Below are positions 10,933-23,190 of a stretch of DNA of 64,000 nt, one piece after another; position 1 is the stretch's first letter; every line of letters starts with the position of its first letter. Source of the DNA: Vicugna vicugna (lineage: Eukaryota). The notes beneath the pieces were generated by a model. It was not told the DNA's origin. It made no database searches and worked only from the letters and a program-made list of their open reading frames with translations. A program made the position numbers and the translations under genes. The stretch lies in the NCBI GenBank assembly GCA_013265495.1, contig MU058423.1, positions 6,867,449 to 6,931,448 of the forward strand. The letters run 5' to 3'.

Positions 10933-11627
10933 ACTTTATTGCATATGCATCTGTTAAATATTTTATACACAGAGCAGTATTCCATTTTACAAAAGCATGC
11001 CCAAGCAGCTTTGCCACATCTACCAGGAATTAAAGCAATCGGGTAGTAAAAACATGTATTTCATTCAGAACAAAAGAATGTTAAAAACAATTGCACAATC
11101 TTAATCGATTAAGACACAGATTGCAAAATTTTTGACAACTTAATAATATAAAACATCCTGATTTTACTATCTTTTCCTTTATGAGAAAGAATAGATTGTT
11201 CATACACCATTAAAAATAAGTGCTTCTTTGCAAACTTTTTAAGAAATTCTTTTTTTTTCACTCATCAGCAGGATATGGCTATCAAGTGAAAAGCTGAAGT
11301 AAATCATGGCTTCAACACAAAAATGGATCATTTTTCAGCAAATACATACATTTCCCTTTTTAATACTAGTCTGATGAAATTCCTCCGACTTTTTTACATG
11401 GTAATTTTCCTGCCTCAGAAAACTTTATCAGTTATTTAATTCTTTCCAATCATAAATCTTTACCTCTAAATTTTATATCATAAAAGTATATTCAATAAAT
11501 GTTCCCTACTTCCTAATTACTTCATAAATATACATATTGCAGATTGTACCATCATAAAATACCATCATCACAGGTAGGCTGTTAAAGTAGATCATTCCCA
11601 GTAGTTATCCTTAACTTTATAGAAATT

Positions 11628-11810
11628 TTTCTACTCGTAGCGTGTACCACAAGCCATCAGCCTTAGTATCATCTGGGAGCTGATTAAAAATGCAGACTCT
11701 TAGCCCATCGCAGATCAAGGCTGAATCATAAACATATTCAAGTTTAAGAAGTGTTGCTCAGAAGGAGATACTGATGTTTCTGATCTGAGGACCATGCTTT
11801 AGGTAGCAAA
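11628..11810. mobile_element. MER5A-like hAT-Charlie DNA transposon fragment
   Basis: atcatctgggagctgattaaaaatgcagactc...ctgaatca...tctgaggaccatgctttaggtagcaa. Confidence 0.6.
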
Positions 11811-13196
11811 CAAGGAGAGAGCCTTGGGAAGACCCTATGTTTGTTTGTTTTTTACCCCATTTATATTTTTCCTGGGGTAGTATTGAGATGGTGGTTAATA
11901 CTCATCACTTTTCTTCTAAAAGAGCTGACAAAGCTGAAGTGTGAAAGCTGACACTTATGAGAGGACTAAGTTATAGAGAAGATTTTCATGTTGACTTCAG
12001 AGGAAAATGTTTTCAGGGTTAGTATACATCACTTAGACATACATTGAATATATTGTCATTTCATTTTGAAAGTAAAATTATAATTAACTGTTCACATCTG
12101 AAGTAAAAATTGTTCATTCCATGGAATTTCAAAAGGCTTTAATTATAAATCAGTTGTTTCAAAGTATTTTATGCTTGGACACCAATCATTAAAGATTCAT
12201 AGAGATTGCATGACTACATCTAAGGGGCAGATGTTGGCTCAAAATGTGCTGAATACAAACCTTACAGAGTACAATATATAATTTTCCTACATCTATTTTC
12301 ACTTCTGGTTGCCTCCCTCTTCCAAAGATATTTGTGCTTTGGATAGAAAATCCTGTGATGTCATTTGAGGGAAAATTACGGTGTGAGTTTTGTTTATAAC
12401 AATGTAGTGGTCAGAAGAACCCACTCCACCTTGGCACTAGATTACAGTCCAGAAAATGTTCATGTTCATTTGTAATGTGTCCAGGGGACAGTGAAAGAGA
12501 GAGATTTGATGTTGGAAAGAGTTCATACAAATCAAAGTGAATGTTTCCTAAAATAAAATACAATATGATATGATATGAAGATATAGCATCATGTAATACA
12601 ATATAATCAGGCTCTTACAGGAAAAGGCTGAATCTAAAAGATAAAATCAAGAAAATAAAGTAGTAAATAGAGAGTAAATGGGGGAGGTGAAGTTACAAAA
12701 CAATAGTAGACAAGGCTCATTCACCTAATGAAGAAATGGGCAGTGCTTGCCTGTCTGCTTAACACGCAAGTGCTGCACTGATGCTGCAAAAAAGGGAAGA
12801 AAGCAATGGTTTGTAGAATGTCATAAAATGCTAACTGAATTGCAGGAGTTGTAAAGTAGGGTCAGTGTAAGGAAAATTATATGAACATTATAATGTAAAT
12901 TATAAATCAGTTTTAAAAGTTTGAAATGGAGAAAAGAGAAAAAGAAAGAATGAAAATGTAGAGATTAAAGAATATTAACAGGAGGAGGAAAAGAATAGGA
13001 AATTAAAGGGTATAGAGAAAGTATTGAGATGAAGAAGAGACGTAGATGAGTGGCCAGTATTTACTAGTAATGGAGGAGACATAGGGATAGGGGAACCTGA
13101 AATTTGCAGGGAGAGGTAGAAGGATTGTGAACAGAATCCTTTAAAACTGAGGTGCCCACTTCAGGCCTGTTCTGATCAGTCCGGACAATACAAGTT

Positions 13197-13460
13197 AATA
13201 ACAATAAAATACTAATATTTATATATTGCTTATGCAACTAAGTACTGTTCTAAGCACTTTACATATATTAACTCACTCACTGTTCACACAAGTATTATAG
13301 ATGAGGAAACTAAGGCAGAGAATGGTTAAATACTGAATGTAAACATTTAAAATATTATATGGTCAGATATTGAGCTGGTCCAGAGTTACACAGCTAGTGG
13401 CAGATGTATAGTTTAACTCAAAATGTCCAAATCCTGAATATTTGTTATTAACCCTTATGC
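13197..13460 (-). mobile_element. MIR SINE
   Basis: tactgttctaagcactttacatatattaactca...atagatgaggaaactaaggcagagaatggttaa. Confidence 0.8.
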
Positions 13461-13589
13461 TATTAACAATCCTAGGGTGTAAAAGTCAGCTCCCTTCTAA
13501 ATAGTATGTTTCTATAATGAAACTTAGAATGTTTTTCTTTTTTATGAAGGAGTTTGATTCTCACCACAAAGTGTTAGCTAGTTTTGAAA

Positions 13590-13825
13590 AGCAGTGTGAG
13601 AAAGCTGAAAGACCTGGGTTTTTTAATAAAGCAGACCAAGATTCAAATCCTGCTCCACCACTTAATACCTTTCATATCTTTGGTAAATTATTGAATCTTT
13701 ATTCACCTTTCTGTCTCATTTGTAAATATTTGTCTCCAATGCTTGTTGTGAGATCAATAAGATTAAAATTACGGCACCATGTTTGACGTAGGGTAGACAC
13801 TCAAAAATGGTAATTTTTACTAATA
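13590..13825 (+). mobile_element. MIR SINE
   Basis: gattcaaatcctgctccaccactta...ctcatttgtaaa...gttgtgagat...acactcaaaaatgg. Confidence 0.7.
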
Positions 13826-14914
13826 TTTCTGAAATTATTGTTATTCTTCTGTTATTCTCAAATACTGTTAACTAGCTATTGTTAGTCAGAATCCTACATT
13901 TTCCTACTAAAATATGAACTCCGTAAGAGCATGAAATCTGAGGTGTCTCCAGCCTAATGCAGTGTCTGGCACAGAATAGCTATTCGATAAGTACATAAAT
14001 GGATGACTGCTAAAAAATAAATAAATAAGAACACCACTGCTACTGACAGTACATTGGCTTAGTATTTTCAGAGAAATGAATTTTATATTTTTACTCATTT
14101 AAAATGGCTTTAGATCATAGACTTCAAAGTGAAGGGTAATTTGGGAATTAAAATTTTCTAGCTTTCAATGCAAAGAAATTTTTTTCCTATGATTTTTTTG
14201 AAAGTAGAAAGTGCTAAAGCAGTGATTTCACTGTAATGGAAATTCCATGTATTACAGCACTTGTATCTTGGCTCTATATTTACAATTGACTCTCCCCACC
14301 CCACCCCAAATTTAGTGTAAAATAAAATGGAATTTCCAGACAGAACTTAGTATTTTACTGCTTGATGTATAGAAAGGAAACTTTCTCCTCTTTGCATTCA
14401 TGGGTAATTATGTAGTATTGCTTCAAAATATGTCTGCATTTGAGTTTCTATTTTTATATTTTCTTTTAAGCTGTTTGTAGATGAAGTCACTTGATAGTAT
14501 GGTGCTTTATTTCTTTTCTTGTGGCACAGTCAGCATAAAAACTTTACAATCTGATAAAAGGGGAAAGTATGCAATGAATGGATCTAATGAGCTTCTGAAA
14601 AATAAGAGTTTGAATATATATCAAGTCAGAGCTTTCATGTAATGAAAGAACAGAGTAATTTGTTCATGAGAGTCAAATCTAAGAAAGTCTCTACCCCTTT
14701 CCCTACTAATCTGAATTTCTCTTTTATTTATAAGTAGCCCATTAATGAATTCACTGGAGATTCTATGATTTGATACCTACTATTTTCAGGGCACTGCCCC
14801 GGTGGCAGTGAATTCCTAGGCACACATTTTTCCTTTAGAAAATACTCTCCTTCAGGCAGCCTAAGGTCCAGCTGCCTGGAGATGGGATCCTCAGAGGGCC
14901 TTGTAGGCAACAAG

Positions 14915-15272
14915 TAGTAACTTTGGATTTCATCCTGTTTCTGTCATAAGTAATTGTGTCACTTTGGACAAGGTTACTTATTCTCATTCATTTATTCAAT
15001 ACATATTTAACGGTCTTTTTCTATTTTCCTGTCACTGTTCTGGGTACTAGGGATAGAGGAGTGAGCACAGTAGATGAAGAATGTGCCTTTACTCAGTAAC
15101 TTACATTTCAGCGGGACTGCCTTATAGTCACTGGGTCTATTTCCCTCTCTCTAAATGTATTAAACTATGGATCTCTTAAGGTGTGGTGAGAAGTGAACTG
15201 GATAACAGATATGAGGCCCTAGAATAGTTAATGCATGATGGAACATAAATGCTCAAAGAAATGTTAGTTTGC
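14915..15272 (+). mobile_element. MIR interrupted by an antisense L2 3' fragment (about 14980-15115)
   Basis: MIR core tgtgtcactttggacaagg, then cattcatttattcaat...ctgttctgggtactaggga, then MIR 3' half. Confidence 0.6.
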
Positions 15273-15699
15273 ATCCCACTGAATTCTATTCCTATGGAAC
15301 ATACACAATATTTAGGTAAGAGAAGTTAAAAATCAATGAAAAGCTCCCCAGTCAAAATGTTTTGAATTTGTTGCATCATAATAAATATTTCGAGACTTTA
15401 AACATTGTAGATAATATGAAAAGTAATGCCAAGGTATTGTTGAAAGGATTAATAATTGTAATGTTATGAACATTTTTTGAATATTGTTAATGTCAAAAAT
15501 ATTTTAAATTTAAATTCTTTGGGTGCATAACATAGTATTAAGATTCTGTCAGAAGCTTCAAAGTGGTTTCCTTGAGGCAGTGATAGTCAGAATGGTATTC
15601 AAATATTCTATTGTGAATTAGGCATTTTCTTGAATTTAAAAATCCTTGAACAGTATAATTATAAGTTTGCAGCTCTAAATTTAATTAAAAATGTTAAAT

Positions 15700-16660
15700 A
15701 AACTTTTTTGTTAATGTAATTTTAGATTTATATAAAGATGGCAAAGATAGTACATGGAGTTCCCATGTATCCCATCCCCAATTTCTTCTATAATTTACAT
15801 GTTACTTTATTGTGGTCCATATGTCACAATTAATGGATCAATATTTATACATTATTATTTACTGAAGTCCACACTTACTGACATTTCCTAACGTCATGTT
15901 TCTGTTCCAGGATCTCATTAGGATGTCACATCACATATAGTTGTTATGTCTTCTTAGGCTCCTCTTGGCTGTGAAAGTTTCTCAGACTTTTCTCATATTT
16001 TATGACTTTGACAGCTTTGAGGAGTCACATATTCGTAGTAGAATGTTAATCAGGATTTATTTGATTTTTATCTCCTGAGACTGGAGTTAAGGGCTTCTGG
16101 GGAGGAAGACTACAGAGAGTGAGCATCATTCTCATCCTATCATATCAAGCTATTGACTGACACCAACGCTAATGTTAAGCTTGTCATCTTGCTAAGATAG
16201 CATTTGCCAAGTTTCTTCACTATAAACTTCTTTTATACTCTTCTTCCGTACAGTGCTCTTTGGAAAGAAGTCAGTGTGCATAGCTCCCACTTAAAGGTGA
16301 GAGCTATACTCTGCGTTCTCGAGGACAGAATATTTACATAAAATATTTGAAATTCTTCTGAAGGGGAGATTTGTCTATTTCCTCTTATTTGTTTTACTCT
16401 TCATATCAGTATGGATTCATAGATATTTATTTTATACTTTGAGTTATAATCCAAAACTATTTCATTTATTTTGTCCTTCAGATTATTCAGATTATTCCAG
16501 TTTTGGCCATCTGGCTCTTTTTTTTGGCTCATATGCTATTTTGTCATCCCCCATTATTATTGTTGTTGTTTTACATTTTGCACCACAGAATGCTCCAGTT
16601 TCACTTTGTTCTCAGCCCTGGAATCAGCCATTTTCTCAAGAAGTCCAGATTCTTTTTTTG
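15700..16660 (-). mobile_element. L1MC/L1MD-like 3' UTR
   Basis: tttagatttatataaagatggcaaagatagtac...ttctgttccaggatc...cttaggctcctcttggctgtga...cagccctggaatcagccatttt. Confidence 0.85.
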
Positions 16661-16812
16661 TAAACTGTGGGCCATTTCCTGGGGTGTAACATCCTTACTG
16701 AGGTGGTTCTCATCAGCTGAGGGCAATTTTCTGGAGACATAGGGCAACCGTGAGCTTCTAGCAGCTAACCCAGTAAGGGGACCTGGCCAGGGCACCATAG
16801 TACCCTCTGCAA
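16660..16812. mobile_element. Old ERVL LTR fragment (LTR16/LTR33-like)
   Basis: tcagctgagggcaattttctggaga...gagcttctagcagc...cagggcacca. Confidence 0.45.
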
Positions 16813-17109
16813 CTCACGACAAATAGAAAGATTAGATAAGGATTACCTAGCTGCAGAACTATAACATTGTATTAATTATTAGAATTATACTGAATACGGA
16901 TCAGCCAGATTAAAGATCACCATTAGCAGAGAGACTTGTGGAGCAATATGTTTGTTACAGAACAATATAAAAATATTAGAATTTAAAGAAACTCTCAAAT
17001 GATGAGAATTCACAGACTGAGACTAGCTCCCAATCACATAGAACCTCAAAATTATAGCTGATATGAAGACCAGAAGAAAGAGGAATTTTGACAATTACAA
17101 ATAACAGTA

Positions 17110-17990
17110 ATCCATTCATGGAAAAATTATTCATTGGAGTACATATTTTTGTGCCAAGCATTATTCTAGACAACACAGTGAAGGAAGCCAAATCTCTTCT
17201 CTCTTGAAGCTTACATTCTAGTGAGAAGAGACAGAAGATAAACAAATGAGACACACTACAGTTCAGTGGGTAATAAGTGCTAAAAGAAAAATAAAGCGCT
17301 GCATGAAAATAGAGATTGATAGCGTAAAAAAGATGTTTTGGATTGGATGATAAGAAAATAATTTCTTCAAAGTTGAAGAGAACAAGCTATTCAAGGATTA
17401 GTAGAGTGTTCCAGACAAAGGACTCAGCTTGTGCAAAGGCACTAAAATGAGAATGTGCTTGGTGTATGAAGGAAGAGCAAGGATGTCAGCATAAGGAGAG
17501 GTCCATGAGGAGAGGGAATGTGGCTGCGTGAATGAAATCTGTGAAGGAAAGTGTAGTTCATATAGATCAGGGGTTGCAGCCCAAATTTGACCCATCAGCT
17601 CTTTCTATACAACTTATGAACAATTATAAATGGTTATTACAATTTTATTCTAATTACAATGTTTGGAATAAAATATTAAAAATAAAACAAAGCTTATGAT
17701 GCTTGGATATTGTATGAAATTCAAATTTTAGTGTCCATAAAGTTTTGTTAGAACACTGTCACACTCTGGTTTTTGAATTATTTGACTGTTTTCATGCTTT
17801 AATGGCAAGGTTTGGTAGCTGCTACAGAAAATGTTTAATGTCTAGGCTTTTACAGAAAAAGTTTGCCAACTCCTGATGTAGAACTTTATAGACAATGGTA
17901 AGAATTTTAGCTTTTATACTGAATAGAGATGGGAAACTGCATCAGCTTTTAGAAAAGAGAATTTACTTGATTTGACTTGTTTTCAAATAT
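17110..17990 (-). mobile_element. L2 LINE interrupted by MER58B
   Basis: gtgccaagcattattctag...gcttacattctagtg...gtgttccagacaaaggactcagcttgtgcaaaggc; resumes after 17876. Confidence 0.8.
17568..17875. mobile_element. MER58B-like hAT-Charlie MITE
   Basis: Termini caggggttg / gtttgccaactcctg; 8-bp flanks atatagat / atgtagaa resemble a hAT NTCTAGAN TSD. Confidence 0.8.
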
Positions 17991-18022
17991 CGAATAAGCT
18001 AATGGAATCAATAATTTTCAGA

Positions 18023-19250
18023 TGTGACATTGTTATGTATAATAAGTAATACATATTTCATCTTCGTCCCATTTCTGGCACAGAACTCCTAAAATTCTTG
18101 GAATTTCCTAAGTGATGAGAAAAACAAAGATATCTTTTGTCATGTTAATGTAAAACTGAAGTAATAAGCCCCAAATGGAGTCATTTGCCCACAGTGCAGC
18201 AAAGCAAGACTTAATTGTGGTTTCAACCTCTCCCACTAATTGACTTTTGAAACAGTCAATCTGAAATTTTTTGATCAACATTAGTGAGGTAATCTGTAAG
18301 ATAAAGACCTCTACTGTTTCATTCCCCCTCCAAGATGGCCTGGACTGAACCGATCCTTCCTTTTTTTTTCTTTTTTTAAGCTAGTACCTTCATCACCACC
18401 CTCCTTCTCCTTTCCATTTTGTACAACCCCTCAGAGAGCCTTTCTGTTGACCAGTTGGAATGCTGCCTGATTCATGAATCACCTAATAATTAGATCTCCA
18501 AATTTACTCAGTTGAATTTTGTTTTTTAATATTAATGAAGTGATTTTTGGACTGCACCTAAGGGTAGGAGCTGGTTGCCAGGAGAACCAACCATGAATAA
18601 AAGATTTGAACTTTCAACCTCATCCTCTGATTTCCTGGGAGGGGAGAGGGGCTGGAGGTTGAATCCATAGCCAATGCCCAATGATTTAATCAACCATGCC
18701 TATGTAACACAGCCTTCATAATACCCAAAAGAATGGGGTTTGGTGAGCTTCTGGGTTGGTGATGATGTGGAGGTTCAGGGAGAGTGGTACTCGACAGAGC
18801 ACGGAAGCTTCGCACCCTTTTCCCATACCTTGTCCTATGCATCTCTTCCATCTGGCTGCTCCTGAATTATACCCTTTTGTAAGAAACCAGTAATCTAGTA
18901 AGGAAAATGTGTCAGTGGGTTCCGTGAGCCTCTCTGGCAAATTAATTGAGTATCTGGAGGGAGTCAGCAGAACCTCCGATTTATAGCCTGTTGGTGAGGA
19001 ACACCAACAAAGGTGGCAACTTGGACTTGCTATTCTCTGACGTCGGGATGGGGACAGTCTTACAGGACCGAGCCCTTAACCTGTGGGATCTGATATTATC
19101 TCTGGGTAGACAGTGTCAGAATTGAGTTGAGCTGTAGGACAGCTGGTGTCCAAGAATTGCCTGGTGGTATCGGCAAACCACCGCCCCCCGCCCCCAACAC
19201 ATCAGAATTGGTAACCAGAAAAATGGCAGGTGAGACTTTTTTCCCACAAA
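18023..19250 (+). mobile_element. MER21-like LTR interrupted by another LTR
   Basis: tgtgacattgttatgtataataag...tctggcacagaactcctaaaattcttggaatttcc; ...ttgtcctatgcatctcttccatctggctg...cagtgtcagaattgagttga. Confidence 0.85.
18149..18531 (+). mobile_element. ERV1-class solo LTR nested in MER21
   Basis: Starts tgtaaaac, ends ttttaata; TTAA duplicated at 18145-18148 and 18532-18535; removing it restores a continuous MER21 sequence. Confidence 0.75.
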
Positions 19251-19451
19251 GGGCTTTGCATTATTTAGGATCTGGTGTTTCAGAATTGTCCCTCTTAGTT
19301 CCATATTTCCTATATCTCTATAAATATGTCTCTACATAAGTTGCTATAAAATTTAAGATGTGTAAAATATTAATACAAAAAATTCCTTAAAGAAACCTAA
19401 ATAAAATAATGCAATTATTGTGCTGTGATTGGGGAAAAAATATGAACCGTG

Positions 19452-19550
19452 AGAATCTATAGTATATAGAATTATAAATTATAATAGACTATTATAGAAC
19501 TTATTCTATAATAAATAATAGAATTATTTATAGAATTAATAGAATTATAT
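19452..19550. repeat. AT-rich low-complexity repeat of degenerate tagaatta units
   Basis: Repeated atagaatta / atagact units. Confidence 0.7.
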
Positions 19551-21382
19551 CCTCTAGTTTTGAGATTACGCATATGCAGGGTCTTTGCAGGGGCTTCTAA
19601 AGAGGCTGTGGAAGGACTTAGATTTGGGAACAATGGAGAGAGAATAATTAGACATTGCTAAACTGAGAAATGAAGGTAGGGTCCAACCATTCATTTTCAT
19701 ACCTGGAGACAACAGGGAGGGGACCCTCCAGGAAAACAGAAAATATGACTTTAGAATCCAGGCAAACAATCCTCGATCCGTCCTCAGCTTGCCAACCAAA
19801 ATAGATTTTATTATTATGTGCTGCTGTTTGCTGGACTCAACATGAAAAGGTTTGTGCTATAAAATAAACATTTTCTATGTCACAGCCCTTCCAAACTTTC
19901 AGCACCAGACAGCTCAGTTGGCCTAGGCACTTCGGTTCCTTCTCCATTATGCCTTAAGACTGAGATTTGTGTAAAAACTTGAGGCTTTGATTGAAAGGCT
20001 ACAGAAAAAGTAGAATTGAGGTCACTGGATATAGAGAAATTTTGCCGCAATTAAGCTTTTTCAAAATGTGCCTTTAGGTGTCCCTCTGAGACATTTTTCT
20101 CAGGTCTCTTTCTGAGATATTTTACTGTTTACTTCTCTCAACCCACATCAGATTTTCTCATTCTTAATATATACCTTGAAATGTACCTTAAGGACTGGTG
20201 GAAAGAGATCTTAAGACATAAGTTAGAATTTAAGAGTTTATTAAATATAAAAAAATAACAAACTTGGATAATAGCTATAATTGATTTCTTGTCCATAGGT
20301 AAGAGATCCCTGTACTATTTACATACATCAAATAGAACCAATGTTCAGATGGAATTCATCTGACTTTTCGAGTTCTACCTTCAGTAGTAAAATAGGAAGT
20401 CAATTAAAATGAATACTACAAAATAATTCTGAGTACATGTTGATATAGGCACTTGTAAGCACTCTGAAGAGGTAGTCATAATTTTGAAATACAAATTCTG
20501 AGCATGATGCCTGCACTAAATTACAGTAATCAGAGGTAGGAAAATCTATACATAAGACACAGTACTCTAAGGATTCAAATGGCTCTTGTTGTTGGGGAAA
20601 GAGGAGGGGTTTCATTTCAGTTTGAAGAAATCAAATGGCAGTAAAATGCTGCAAGGCCAGAAGCCATAGAGGAAATAAAACATAAAATAGATAAAAGGAT
20701 CGTAAGAAAACTTCAGGATAAGAAAAAATTAAGTTCAGAAAATTTTGAAGGTATTTCTGTAGAAACTTCTGAGAAATTTGATATTTGATTTGAAAGTTGT
20801 TTAAATGGACCTTTTACTTTGGAATGCGGGCTTAAGTTGAGCCGGAATACTTTTAAAAGGCTGTGGTGGGTGCTGTTTAGATTACATGTGCTGTGCTATA
20901 TTCATTTTATTTGGAAGCTAATGAGCTTAAGTGTGGATTCTGAAAAGAATGAAAACTTTTACTCTTGTTTTCCAACCTTATAATCCCAAGTATTATGCAT
21001 TATGAGTTTTTGAAAGATGTATTCCAAGTGATTTCATGCAGCTTAGAAAACAGATGGATAGATAGACATAGATGATAGAGAGATATTTTACTGGCTGTGT
21101 CCTAAAACTTTATACAACAAGGATGCCAGTGAATCTGAGAGAGAAAGTAGTAGTGAAAATTATAGGGTGTACAATTTGATGAATAGTTTTTGTGATAGTT
21201 TTTTTGTAAGACTAATATTAAATGGGTCATTAGGTTGTAACCAAGACAAATCTTATTCGCTTGATTTATATAGTTCCTTTTTGCATATTGTAGAACCAAA
21301 AAAAAAATTAGTTTTGTAGGAAAATCCAATAGTCTATGAGCTGAAAGTAGTCAAAAATTTTTTTTCCAATTTTAAGGGGTTG

Positions 21383-21475
21383 ACTATATCTATGTGTATG
21401 TATGACTGAAACATTATGCTGTACACCAGAAATTGACACAACATTGTAAACTCACTATACTGCAATTAAAAAAAG
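21383..21475 (+). mobile_element. Short 3' end of a younger lineage-specific L1
   Basis: tatgtatgactgaaacattatgctgtacaccagaaattgacacaacattgtaaactcactatac followed by an A-rich tail. Confidence 0.8.
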
Positions 21476-21534
21476 AGAGATTGCAGAATCCTATAGATAA
21501 ATAACCAACTATCAAAGTCCATACCAAGTAAGCC

Positions 21535-21690
21535 CTGTGGTAGAGTCAAGAGAAGTGGGAGGAGATAGGTTCCAGTCCATTTTTCCTGTGACGCCTTCAG
21601 CAAACCACTTCTTTTTGTAGTTCTCTATCTATTCATCTACAAATGGACTGGATACTCTCCAAACGTTTTCTAGTTCTAGTTCTAAAATTA
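21535..21690 (+). mobile_element. MIR3-like fragment
   Basis: ggttccagtcc...tcatctacaaatggactggat...tctagttctaaaatt. Confidence 0.5.
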
Positions 21691-21812
21691 AACCATCCCA
21701 TTCAAAACTTTATTTTCAATTGGAAATGAAAATGTTCTATGGAATGTTGGACAATCTAAAAAGGCCATGAACTAAGACCAGCCTTATTTTAAATTAATAA
21801 ATGTAAACGTAG

Positions 21813-22190
21813 ATAGCTTTAAAAAGGAATGAAGCACTGGTAACACACAACAGTATATATGAATGAACCTTGAAAATACATTAAGTCAAAGAAGCCAGTC
21901 ACAAATGGCCACATAGTGTATGATATCATTTATAGGAAATACCTAGAATTGCCAGACCTATCTAGACATAAGTTTTATTGCTAGTTGCCTTAAGCTGGGG
22001 CAGGAGGAGGGTAGTGTCTCGTAATCAGTATTGGGTTTCTTTGGAGGGGCAGGTGATGAAAATGTTCTAAAATTAGATTGTGTTGATGGTTGCACAAGTC
22101 TGTAAATATACTGAAAACTATCAAATTGCCCATTTTACATGGGTGAATTGTAAGGCATGTGAAATATTATCTCAATAAAGTTTTTAAAAA
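21813..22190 (+). mobile_element. L1MB-like 3' UTR
   Basis: aaaaggaatgaagcactg...gaagccagtcacaaa...ggtgatgaaaatgttctaaaattagattg...tatctcaataaag. Confidence 0.9.
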
Positions 22191-22234
22191 CATACGCCTA
22201 CTCAGAATTAGCCTTGTAAGATAAGTTCAACATA

Positions 22235-22345
22235 ATAATTGTAAGCACCATGAATGCAGGGATTTGTGTCTCTTTTGCTTACTGCTGAAGTCTCATATCT
22301 AAAAACTGTGCACAAGTTATACGCTCAGCAAATAATTGTTGACTA
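22235..22345 (+). mobile_element. L2 3' fragment
   Basis: tgtaagcaccatgaatgcagggatttgtgtctcttttgcttactgctg. Confidence 0.6.
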
Positions 22346-23068
22346 AAGTCTTGCTTTAAATTAAGAACAGAAAAACAGACATCTTCGTGCCTCAAGTCAT
22401 TTTCAGACTTTTGTATTTTTACTAATCTTTTCTTCTCCATCTGTTGACGCTGCAGAAGAAGTGATCTTTATTCCCCGTCTTGTTACACCAGAGCTTTTGG
22501 TTTCCTATAGACAGCAGTCCAAACCTATGGCTGTAATTGGCATCCAAGGAAGGAGATGTGCTTTTTGAAAGAAGGCAGGGCCCTAAGGCATCAGAAGCAA
22601 TTCTGAACTAGGTGGTTAATGAGGGTGTGCACAGCCCCTGGTGTGGGGAGCCTGACTGGAATAGTGCCTTAGAGGCTTATGCTCAGTCTGGACGGCAAGC
22701 TGTGCATGTGTATTTCCTCTTTTTAATTCTGTTTTTCTGTTTTACCAAATATGAATATACTTGCTTCCTCCCTGAGGCTTATGCCTCTAGTTCCAGCATG
22801 AGGGTTTTCTCGCTTTGATTTACCAGGTGTGAGAGGTGGACAAGGTCCACCTTGTCTCAGAAAAACTTAATCCTATAGATAGTCTTTTAAGAAATTCTTT
22901 CATCAAAAAATTACTTTCCTCAAAAAATGTCTTTCCTATTATTGCAGATGCTAATTTGCTAGCTAGTTTTGGTTACTTTAGTTGGACAGACAGGCTTTAT
23001 TTAGTATTTTTCTTGATTCTCTTTTGGTTTATTTCATCTTTTGTTTTCTTTTATGTTTACTTTTATAG

Positions 23069-23190
23069 ATAATGCTACCTGGGATTTCCAAATACAGTGC
23101 CCTGTTTGGCTCAGTGGTGGATCTTACTGCTCTTCCTGTCCCAGAAGGCTTCTCAATTCCAATAAAGTGGATTCCTTGCTAACTTCTATT
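23069..23190 (+). other. Candidate terminal exon with poly(A) signal
   Basis: Long T-rich tract ending ttttatAG at 23068; AATAAA at 23161-23166; T-rich downstream element. Confidence 0.3.

Noticed and set aside
19911..19945. tRNA A-box-like agctcagttgg
   Set aside because: No correctly spaced B-box, no cloverleaf and no SINE body or tail.
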